A stretch of DNA of 64,000 bases from Nemertoderma westbladi. Lineage: Eukaryota; Animalia; Xenacoelomorpha. Position 1 is the stretch's first letter, and each line of letters opens with the position of its first letter. Shown in pieces: positions 1 to 11,285 of the stretch. The notes under the pieces were generated by a model. It did not search any database. It saw only the letters and a list, made by a program, of their open reading frames with translations, and was not told the DNA's origin. A program made the position numbers and the translations under genes. The stretch spans positions 1-64,000 of the forward strand of contig JAUCBJ010002510.1 of NCBI GenBank assembly GCA_032718475.1, in the 5' to 3' direction.

Positions 1-150
1 GCTCGGCGTACCAACGGGTTAGTCGCATAGGGTCCTGAGGAATGGCGGGTGTAGTAGCCACTGCTGGACGGCGAAGAGGTGCCGGGGTTTTAGACGGAGG
101 GATACCGAGGAGATCGTCGGGGGTCGGCGCATCGCTGGGGCCCTCCTCGA

Positions 151-1734
151 TCAGTATCGCTGCGCGGGTCCGTTGGTGGCTGGTACTCGGAATCTCCGAC
201 GACCAATCTTCGCCACCCGGGAAAGGATACGGGGATAACCTAACCGTTGGCATATGTCGCCGAAATCGCTCAATGCAGCTGTAGTGGCTACCTCCCTCGC
301 GGGGCTACCGGAGCCGCGTGGGGTGTAAACGCCTGCTCTCTTCATCGGTTCGGCCGAGGCAACCCGTTTGGCGGCCGGTCCATACGCGGCCTCCGGCTCG
401 AGTTGTCGCTTCGGGGTGGAGAGTAGAACACCCTCGTTTAGCCATATCTCTTCCCCTTCCGAAGAGATCAGAGGCTCCTCCGCACCGAGAAGTTCGGTAA
501 TCGTAGGGATGTCGTAAGGCCCGCTCTCGTCCCAGGAATCGATAACGGCGAGCGTTTTAGTCTCTCCCGGTGCGATGTTCTCGACCGCTTTGAACGCGTG
601 GTGTATGACCTCGTTCCAGTCGTAGTCGACGAAGGAAAGGGGGACCGCCGTAATAAGGTTATCGAGAGTTCTACAGATAAACTTAGCGACGGTGTAGCAC
701 TCCATAACAACGTAAACGTAGTTCCGTCGATCGGGATTCTCCCACCTTTGGTGTATCGTCCATTTCCGATCAACGTCCTTCCATCGACCCTCTCGCTCGC
801 TCTTTATTTCTAATCCCGGGTATCCACCGTATATTTTATTATAGTCCCGGAATTTCTGGGGTTTGAAGTCGATACCGCCGTTGAGCACAGCGAGGTAGCC
901 GATCCCTGATTTCGTCGGTCTCACCTCTTGGAATCCTCGCATGAACTCGGCGAATCGTAACCAGGCTAGTAGCGTTTGAGTGTCGATGCAATGGCTAAGG
1001 GCGTTGAGGTCGTCTCGTCGGTTTCTTCCTGCAGGAGCGTTCGCGTAGTCGTTCCGGACGTCCGCCTTGATATCCGACCCGATTTTAATGACGTCGAAGT
1101 CGAAGAGGATCTTTTGGATTTCCGGAGGCAGCAACCAGATCGCTCCGGCTGCCTGCACTTCCTGTCTGGGTGTCGGGAATATTCGGCACACCAGTACCAA
1201 ACCGTCCAGGGTTCCGAGGACGACGACTAAGGATCGACCGTATTCTTTCGCCCCGTACTTTTCCTGGTAGTCGTCGCGGTTTTGGATAATCGATACGCGT
1301 TCCTCTCGAAGCGTCGCCGTACACTCCGACAGGTTTCCCCAGTGGGCGAGGTACGTACTCTTGTCGTCGACGAAACTTTGACATCTCGCCAACGTAATCG
1401 CTTTCGAGGTGGGCGTCGCGTTTCCCTCGTTGTCGTAGATCAAACATCGGGATCTGTAGACGCTCTGCCGGAACGTTTCCCAAAACGACGAATCGTCCCC
1501 TCCGGTTGCCTTTGCGTTCCGAGTTCTTTTCAGTCTCGTACTAGCATCGGCTAACCGGAGGGCTCGTAGATTCTTAGAATCCGGTCCCTCTCGCCCGGTG
1601 AATTTAATGACTCGCACATTCTCATTTAGCAGGGTGCTCCAATTTGTATCAAAGTCAGGGGATCCGGGTTGCGAATATTCCAGTAGATCTATCGTGTTAC
1701 GTAATTCGCCGATAATTTGGCGATTTGGGTCCAT
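151..1734 (-). CDS. Accessory ORF2 (527 aa): WRN/EXD2/Mut-7-like DEDDy 3'-5' exonuclease domain
   Basis: ExoI-like CLIYDNEG (D101, E103). LPPEIQKILFDFDVIKIGSDIKADVRND resembles the WRN-exo LPxxLxxLLxDxxIxKVGxxIxxD segment. Then CIDTQ, SGIGYLA and ExoIII-like RWENPDRRNYVYVVMECY (YxxxE in place of YxxxD). Candidate acceptor CTAATTTGTAACAG 14 nt upstream of the ATG. An alternative frame stays open from about 239 to base 1, so the C-terminus may be frameshifted. Confidence 0.75.
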   Translation of the reverse strand: MDPNRQIIGELRNTIDLLEYSQPGSPDFDTNWSTLLNENVRVIKFTGREGPDSKNLRALRLADASTRLKRTRNAKATGGDDSSFWETFRQSVYRSRCLIYDNEGNATPTSKAITLARCQSFVDDKSTYLAHWGNLSECTATLREERVSIIQNRDDYQEKYGAKEYGRSLVVVLGTLDGLVLVCRIFPTPRQEVQAAGAIWLLPPEIQKILFDFDVIKIGSDIKADVRNDYANAPAGRNRRDDLNALSHCIDTQTLLAWLRFAEFMRGFQEVRPTKSGIGYLAVLNGGIDFKPQKFRDYNKIYGGYPGLEIKSEREGRWKDVDRKWTIHQRWENPDRRNYVYVVMECYTVAKFICRTLDNLITAVPLSFVDYDWNEVIHHAFKAVENIAPGETKTLAVIDSWDESGPYDIPTITELLGAEEPLISSEGEEIWLNEGVLLSTPKRQLEPEAAYGPAAKRVASAEPMKRAGVYTPRGSGSPAREVATTAALSDFGDICQRLGYPRILSRVAKIGRRRFRVPATNGPAQRY

Positions 1735-2291
1735 ATTTACGATTATATCTGTTACAAATTAGATCAGTTAATTATAAGTCCAGAAAGTCTGAAACTATAG
1801 CGATAGCAGAATAATTCAGCTTTTTATTTAATTCAGTTTATTAAATAATATTGCTATATAGACATCTATCATCTTATTGCTAATACATTCAGCATTTACA
1901 GTTACTATAGCTATACATAATATCCAACCAGTTTTTTATGACTTTTTTGTCCTTTTCATTTTTCTAATTCTTTTCTTTAGACCTTTTTATACCTTTTTTT
2001 TTGTCTTTTTTCATTTCATTATTATTTCACCACATTTCATTTATTTCCACATATTTCAACACATTTATTTCCACCATTTATTTCACATTTATTTATTTCC
2101 ACATCATCATTGGGTTTATAGCCCCCCGGCTATCATCATTGGTTATAAGCGCAGCACCAGGGTGCGCATCATTTCATTTTCATCATCATACGCGTCATCA
2201 TTCAGGTTTATAGTAGAGTTGTCTGATCCTTTTCATCGTTTCCAACTATATTCAATCATTTTCTTTGGCTAATCTTTGTCGTGGAAGGGGT

Positions 2292-2713
2292 GTTACGCGG
2301 CAATCTGGGATCTACAGCTGGACTCGTTACACCGCCTACGCCCCAAACTGCGCACGTAACGGACAATGAAGACGCTGGGAGTGAAGTCACGTGGATGCAC
2401 CATGGACCCACCAGAATAACACTCCCAACAACATAAAGCTCAGTCGACGAAGTCATGTGGGATGGGGTTACGCAACATTCTGGGATCTACAGCTGGACTC
2501 GTTACACCGCCTACACCCCAAAATCCACGTAACGGTCCCACCAGAATAACGCGACTGAGAAACATAAAACCCTCTATCATCGAAGTCATGTGGATGCACC
2601 ATGGACCCACCAGAATAACGGGATAGAGGGGGTGTTGCGCGGCAATCCGGGATCTACAGCTGGACTCGTTACACCGCCTACGCCCCGAACTGCGCACGCA
2701 ACGGACAACATAA
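2292..2713 (-). ncRNA. Intergenic array of structured RNA motifs (three A hairpins, three B hairpins, UUAUGUU linkers)
   Basis: A copies at 2292-2360, 2467-2533 and 2634-2702 show compensatory changes. B copies are closed by three unrelated but complementary stems. G-U pairs favour the minus strand. Confidence 0.65.
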
Positions 2714-2981
2714 CATACTGCGATGAATACAATGAATTCCACTTCAAATCTTTTCCATTTCCAATAATCCAATATCGTAGGTCCTGATGACCAAAATCAG
2801 GGTAAACAAAACATAAACGACCCTGCGTCAGCCGAAACATCTGCAGGGTGACGCTGGACTCCACATAACACACGAGGAAACACAAATACCATTGCGTGGT
2901 TACAGTTGGTTTAAGGGGGGTCCATAACTCATTGTCAGTAAATCACAGTTTTATAAGAGTTTGTCAACATGATGAGAAGGG

Positions 2982-5900
2982 TTACACGGGTTTGTAATTG
3001 TCACCAATGTCCGCAGCAGGATCTTGAGTAGGGAACTTATCACCTCTCGTAGAGTCACCGCTATCATTGCCTTCAAGAAGGCACAGCCTCTGGATAGGGC
3101 GTTGGTAGTGGCCCTTTGCCGTTCGTATCATCACAGTCCTCGCAAGTCCGTCTTTGCTTGGGTGTATGGTCACGACCCGCGCCACAGGCCAGTAAACGCG
3201 GTCTTTGAGATCTTCTTTAACTCGTACCATGTCGCCAACTGCGACGTTCCGGTAGGTGTTGTTCCATTTCCTCCTGGTCCGGAGGGTTATGAGGTACTCC
3301 CGGGCCCAAATTCTCCACCAATGCGCTGCCAACGCTTGGGCCTTTTTCCAGTTTGTATGTTTCGCGATCTCGTTGGGATCCGGGAACATGGTTTCCGGGA
3401 GAACGTGGGTTTTGGGTCTCCCCAGTAGGTGGTTAGGAGTGAGGGACTCAACTGAGGCGTTTGCCATCCGGGTATTACGGCAGATTAGTCCGTGCTCTCC
3501 CGTTAATGGTGTCAATGTTATCAACGTCATTATTATCATCAACAACCTTATTAGCCACCAAAGCATGGGCAAGCGCCAATGTCCGTCTTTGGACGTTGCC
3601 TGATCAAAAATGTCGGTACAATATTGATCTTCCTCGGACGGATTCTCGTCCTTCTCGGCAAACTCTCGGGTCTCCACATTAAAGCATCCGGTTATCTCCC
3701 GCTGGGTTCTCTCAGTCTGAAGGAAAAAATCCTCGTCCAGGTCTGTAGCTGAGCAATAACCCATGGAGGTTACATTTTCTTTAATCTGACATTTAGGAAG
3801 ATATGTATAGGTGTCAGTAGTTTCTTCCTTGATGCCGCAGAGGGTCCATCCCATTATGGTTCGTTCAGCGTAAAAGCCGTCATCTTTCTTTATGGATCGG
3901 GCGATATCTCCGGTAGGTATGTGTAATTCCGGTGTATCAAGTCCGATCAGTAGGGTGATGCGGTTTACGTCCAACTGCGGACACCTCAGATCTACATCGT
4001 CTCGGTCCAATTGTATGAGGGGGGCGTACTCGGCTGATTGTCGGAACCGCACTCGGAGGTCTGTGTGTACCAAGGCGTTTTTGATGGTTAGCTTGACCGT
4101 CTCGTAGCCCTTCATTACTCCTTCCATTTGGAGTTGCACCTCCCCAGACTCTACCTCTCGGTTATCGGTGATGGTTTGTATGGGCCGTTTACAAGGTTCG
4201 TATTCTAGGCCGAGTTGCTCGAGGAAATCCCGGTCGATGATGGTTCCGTCAGACCCATTATCAAGGAACGTGAGCGTCGTCAGGGATTTGCCGACTCCCT
4301 GAATCCTTACCAGGATTACCTTTGCGAAGACCATGTAGCGGCGATTTATAAGATTAATCGTGGCTGAAATGTTGGTTACTTGTGGTTTATCGGTGGAGAT
4401 TTTAAACGGATTGGTTTCTCTCCGTTGGGTAATCCGGGTTCCTTTGGAAACGTGGTTCGTTTCTCCTCTTCGCTTGGCTTCGATCCGAAAGGGGAGGGTA
4501 GTGAAGTCGAAGTTCGCGGGGATGTGGAGGAGCGTGTGATGACGTAGGTCGTTACAAACCGCACAACACGACCTTTGGTCGCAATCCCGAACGTAGTGAC
4601 CTGTTCCAAGACACCGGAAGCATCCTCGGTGTTTCATCATCGCCTCGAAGCGTGGGACGAGTTCAGCAAACTGGAACTTTCCGCAGAATTCCAACTTATG
4701 TTTCTCTCCGCAGAAGAGACATATAGGGGAGGCTGTGGTGCCTTCCCTTTCGGGTGCCCAATTCGCTAGGTAGCATGCCCATTCTTCTGCTAAGGTCGGT
4801 TCCTCGTAATCCTCGTCATCCGAGTCCTCAGCCATACTGATGGCCATCGCACTCACAGGAGTAGGGCGGAATCTTGGGTTTGGAGTGGGTGCCCTGCTCT
4901 GGTAATTGCTCTCCATTGCGTCCAACTTGGCGAGACTCTGTTTCGAAAACATCGAGTCATTCATGGCTTCGGAGATATCGTCCAGGAATGCCGACATTTC
5001 GAGGAAGCTGGGATCTCGATCTGGATGTCTGTGCCGGAGATCTACGCATTTATAGGCCCACTTACTTTGCAGCCATCCGGGGAACTTCCGGGCGATCTGT
5101 CGGAGGTTTAGAATGTTGTTCACCTGGTCCTCCTTATTTAAGGGTTTCAGAGTGTAGTAGGCATCCTTCATGGAATCTGAAAATTCCTGGAGGTTCTGTG
5201 GGTCCCCTAGTGATCCCGCGTGTTGTATAAGTTTCTCTAGAGTTTTATTAATTATAGTCCCGGTATTTCCGTATCTTTTGTCTAGAGTCTTCCATGCGTC
5301 GTAGTATGCTTCATGAGAACCTCCCTCAAAACAAGCGATGATTCGGCGTGGTTTGTCACCCAGGTATTGCGATAAATATACCAGTTTCTGTGCATCGGCT
5401 ATGTCCGTTGATCCAATCTGCGCAAAGAACCGTTTCTTGAATCTGAGGTAATCGACGGGATCTCCTTCGAAGGTGCGGATCTCCATCTTGGGCATGGAGA
5501 GGCGGTTTTCCAATGCCCGGATAATGCCGATGTTGTCCGAACTGGAGTGGTTCGGAGGGTTATAGTTATTGGCACTCTCTCCCATACTCGATGGATCAAT
5601 GGTAGGTGGAGTTTTAATGATGACGCAACTACGGGTTTGTGGTGTGGATGTGAACGGGTTGTTGGATCGAGGAGTGGCGTCCCGTTCTGAGTCCCTTTCA
5701 GGCTCGTACTTGGGTACACTCGTTGCTGTGGGGTTGGATGAGAAATACGGTTCCTCATTTTTAAGCGTAACCGGTGGGGGATGGAACACCGGTGCTTGTG
5801 CCGATAAGGTGGACTGTATGGTAGGCGGGATCTCGGGTTTCGGAAGTTTCGCCGCTGTTGGTGAAAGTGACTTCTCTAGTTCCGGTACCGGGATTGGTTC

Positions 5901-6800
5901 ATATTCCTGATCTATATCCCTTTCCCAGTCCTCGTATAGTTGAATATCTCGTTCTATAAGTGCGGCTTCGTATTCCGCGAGTTTCGCAATATCCGCATTC
6001 TTTTTGTGGGTGAGAATTGCTTGGGCCTCGGCGTGTTGTTTACGCATTTCTGCTTCCCATTTACGTTGTTCGATCTCTTGTTTGGCCTCTCGTTCACGTT
6101 GTTCAGCCTCCTGTCTATGTTGCTCGGCCCGCCGTTCGACCTCTTGTTCGGCCTCCCGTTTTTGCATTTCGGCGGCTAATATATCTTGCTCGGCTTGCAG
6201 TTGAATATACTCATCTTCCATCCGAGCTTTGAGGGCTAATGCCTTCCGTTCTCGCAGTTGGTCTCGGAGTGGCGGCGCCCCTTGAGAACTGCGCGCTGAG
6301 CCGGATATCTCGCTCCTAGCGCTGGAGTGCTGATTTCTAGCGGACCCCGTTCTCTTTCGATGTACTGCTGTCCTGATGCTGGAGGATCGTACTGATTCCG
6401 CGTCTGTTCTTTCAGCCCTCTTGTAATACTGTTCTTCATAGCCTCTCACAAGGCTGAGGGTCCTCCGGTGTTGTTTGCGGAACCCATCTAGATGTACAAC
6501 GTGTTCTTCCAACTTGGGGTAGTTTTCCTGATCGGTGGAGGGAACGAGCTCTTGGTACGCCTGTATCATTCTTTCGTACCGCTGTAGGATATTTCGGATA
6601 CTTTGAAGCTGAGTTTGTACCTCATTGAGGGGGGTTTTGAATCACTTGAGTTGTTTCTCCATCCGTTGATACGCTCGGGTTACTCCGCCTTTGAGAGCCC
6701 CTAGCCGACGGGTCATGTTCTTGACGTTTGGTACCTCGTCGGCTTCCGAGTCTGTGTGGTGATCCATCTCGTCGGTATCGGATACGTTATTTGTCGTCAT
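2982..6800 (-). pseudogene. BEL/Pao gag-protease ORF fused to the DUF5641-type C-terminus; RT/RNase H/integrase core absent; in-frame TGA at 6642-6644
   Basis: In-frame ATG at 6800 (MTTNN...RRLGALKGGVTR) and DUF1759-like MPKMEIRTFEGDPVDY. Three knuckles: CLFCGEKHKLEFC, CFRCLGTGHYVRDC, CAVCNDLRHHTLLH. Protease FLDNGS and AERTIMGWTLCG, then a jump after GHWRLPMLW to LTPNHLLG...WWRIWAREYL...YQRPIQRLCLLE. Confidence 0.9.
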
Positions 6801-7397
6801 TGTAACGCCTCGTCGATAGCTAGATACGCGATGTCATAAAACAGTTCCTCGTAGGTATTGTACTCAGCTTGGACCACCCGAACGGTAATCCTGAATCGTC
6901 CGACTTCAACTTCGACGTGCCAGATTCCTGGCTCAACTTGGATTATATCAATGGGTGTGATCGATACTTCCATTCCCTGTTAACAACTCTCCAAATATGT
7001 GATCTGCCGACTACGAGTTGGTTAGATCGAGTTTGTTGATTAATTAAACCACGACTTCGTCTCAACTCAAATACCAGAGTTTCCTCGTAGTGGGTGCTGG
7101 CAAGCACGTAGAGAGTTTTGAAGAGTATTGAAGGATTCTCAACTTCCACCAGTTGAAGTTGACCGTAATTATTCTTAATTTTGACACCCTGTCAAAATTA
7201 ACCGCATTAATTATTCTTAATTTTGTTGCCGTTATCCCAACACCAGGGGGGAAAAACGCTGATGCTGGAGACGTGACTGACTTTACAGACCACTGAGCCC
7301 CGGCCAGTCACCGGATATTGATTTTGGAGAAGGAATGTTTTCTGAGATGCAAGTTTGCGGTTGATAAAAAGCTGCATTAGTTGGATATACTCTTTAA

Positions 7398-9158
<1,761 letters not shown>

Positions 9159-9408
9159 TTAATGTAACTTCCTATAGTTGAAACCTGTTCAACATCATTG
9201 AAACCTGATTAAGAATAATTTTGGGCTTCCCCAAATCAATATACACCAAATATTCACAATAATTATACACGATAATATAAATCCCTACGGTATATTATTT
9301 AATAACCCACTGTTCGCTCAGATTTTAGCCTACCTAATGTTCCCCAGATTTTCCCTCGGTCCTAGTCTTAGTGCCGTAGTGTCGGTGTCGGTCGACCCTG
9401 TCGCGTGT

Positions 9409-9653
9409 CCGTTCCACCCCTCACGAACCCCGAAGGGAACGATCATCGAGAACCAGCACGGCTTGGCTAAGGGTCAGTCCAGTCGGTGGACTCTGTCGCG
9501 TATCCGTACCACCCCTCTCGAACCCCGAAGGGATCGGTCATCGAGAACCAGTACGGCTTAGCTCAGGGGGCAGTCGTTAGTCGGCCGCCCGTTCGCGTGT
9601 CCGCTCCACCCCTCACGAACCCCAAAGGGTTCGATCATCGAGAACCAGAACGG
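9409..9653 (-). repeat. Three tandem 95-97 bp units, each containing a 53-nt hairpin with a cUUCGg/cUUUGg loop and a k-turn-like motif
   Basis: Hairpins at 9409-9461, 9504-9556 and 9601-9653. Basal stems vary while keeping pairing (CCGUAC/GUACGG, CCGUUC/GAGCGG). Confidence 0.75.
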
Positions 9654-9864
9654 CTTGGCTACTAAGGGGCTGTCGTTTCCCGTCGCAAATCCCTGACACA
9701 AGCAGTCAGCGTTCCGAGTTCTTTTCAGTCTCGTAATAACTGCTGTTGGCCAGGGACCGCTAAGGGCAGTCCTTGTCCTTTAGGCCTGGCGCATTACCAA
9801 ATCCACCCCTACAGGCAGCAGGAAGTTGGCCAGGGCCTAATAGTACTCAGGCTAACCTGAATAC

Positions 9865-9898
9865 TGCTTGCATTTTCCATCCCCCCCTGGCCCTTATA
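9865..9898 (-). promoter_or_regulatory. Candidate LTR core promoter (TATAAG at 9898-9893; Inr-like GCAGT near 9865)
   Basis: Spacing is about 30-33 nt, and a 10-bp hairpin begins at the predicted start site. Motif match only. Confidence 0.4.
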
Positions 9899-10480
9899 AC
9901 TATGAAATTATTCCCGTACCCTGTAAGTTGCCCCAAAGTTCGCCCATAAATCGCCCCCAGTTTATTGAATGTGCCCAAAACCCATGGTCCCGCACCCAGT
10001 AGTAATATCGGAATAATCAATTTAAAATAAATACAAAAATATTCAACTCGCGTTATGGAAAGTTGAAATACCGCGAACAGTCACTGTCATGATCCTAGGC
10101 TGTCTTCGCTAGCTGCTTGTAAAATCTTCCGATATCGAATATTTATTGATAAATGCATTTCATTTCGGTCGCAGGTGCACTCTCCTGCAACAAATTCTGA
10201 TTGTAATATAATATATCGACGGCTTATTTTCAAAGGGGCCCAAATGCCAAACCTACTGAAAACATAATTATGAGCCAATTTGAAGCTACCCAACATTCTA
10301 AGGCTGTCAATCATTGCGGTTTTAACATATCTCTATTAGTTCATAAGTTATATAAAATAATATATATCAATTGTATATAATATCAATAATATATCATATA
10401 TCATATATATGATATATATCAATAATAATATCAATTGTATATATAAATATAATATTTTGAACGTAATATAATATAATATA

Positions 10481-11100
10481 TTTTATTCCAAAATTGTAAC
10501 ATTACTCAACGCCGTTAGTATTCAGTGAGTTGTTATATAGCACTTTACAACTTTAGAGGACATTACGGCATTGTATTAGCCTGTACATTTAGTATTGTAT
10601 TTGGTGTTATTGTTTACGTGGTAACCATGACGGCGTTAAGTAATGTCCCCCTTGTGTATGGACATTACTTAACGCCGTCATGGTTAACAGGTAAAAAATA
10701 GGTGGAAATTTACCTGACAGCCAAATAGGCCTACTGCATTACCTACCGGTAGGCGGGGTATAGCTATTAATAACCAGTAGGGCCTAGCTATATTATTATA
10801 ACATGGCTCCAAACGCCGCGATAAATATAAGCTAACTTATTTATAACATAATTTATGTCATTTTTACAATTATTTATAAAGCAACTAATTTAATTTGTGC
10901 AGTTTCTATCACTTATAATGTATATGTACAATCATTTCGTAATGTTAAAATTTTGGAATAAAACTACATACATACTTGTTACAAAGTACTTTACAGTGTT
11001 CTGATCCTCGTGGCTTTATTTTCACTCACTCACTAACGTTCGTTCGTGTAACAAAGCAACAATCTTTACACACAAGTATGTAAATAGTTATTATATAATA
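10481..11100. mobile_element. Foldback/non-autonomous DNA element with a perfect 27-bp internal palindrome; possibly Crypton-type
   Basis: Inverted arms TTTTATTCCAAAATT(G/T)TAACATTAC near 10481 and 10962. Perfect hairpin 10622-10648 / 10660-10686. The family assignment is weak. Confidence 0.5.
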
Positions 11101-11285
11101 CATGTATGTAATAATAGTATTGGTGCGTGAAAAAATGTTGGGCTGGAAACAATTGAATAGGGGGTAAAAAGGTGCCCTATAATTAATAGATGTTAATGAG
11201 TCTGAGAAATAGCATTAATTGATTTTGTATGCTTTACATTTTTCTCAACATAATAATATTAAAATGCCTTCTCAAATTTCTACTC

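Noticed and set aside
1877-2272. 131-aa Phe/His/Ile-rich ORF
   Set aside because: It is a translation of a low-complexity T-rich spacer, antisense to the element.
2383-2436. Resemblance of motif B to a hairpin ribozyme (GAAGUCA, CCAG) or an H/ACA RNA (ACATAA) on the plus strand
   Set aside because: The loop-B partner and NGUC substrate strand are missing, box spacing is inconsistent among copies, and G-U pairing favours the minus strand.
2376-2630. CRISPR-like repeat-spacer appearance of the B units
   Set aside because: Eukaryotic retroelement context with no cas genes. The apparent spacers pair with each other as closing stems, so they are not acquired spacers.
2781-2862. CTGATGA...GAAAC possible hammerhead ribozyme
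   Set aside because: Stem III is not followed by a valid NUH triplet with a stem I partner, and the site is antisense to the element.
9409-9653. SECIS interpretation of the AUGA...GA hairpins, with readthrough of the gag TGA
   Set aside because: The upper helix is only about 8 bp and lacks apical adenosines. The TGA is more simply a CGA-to-TGA mutation.
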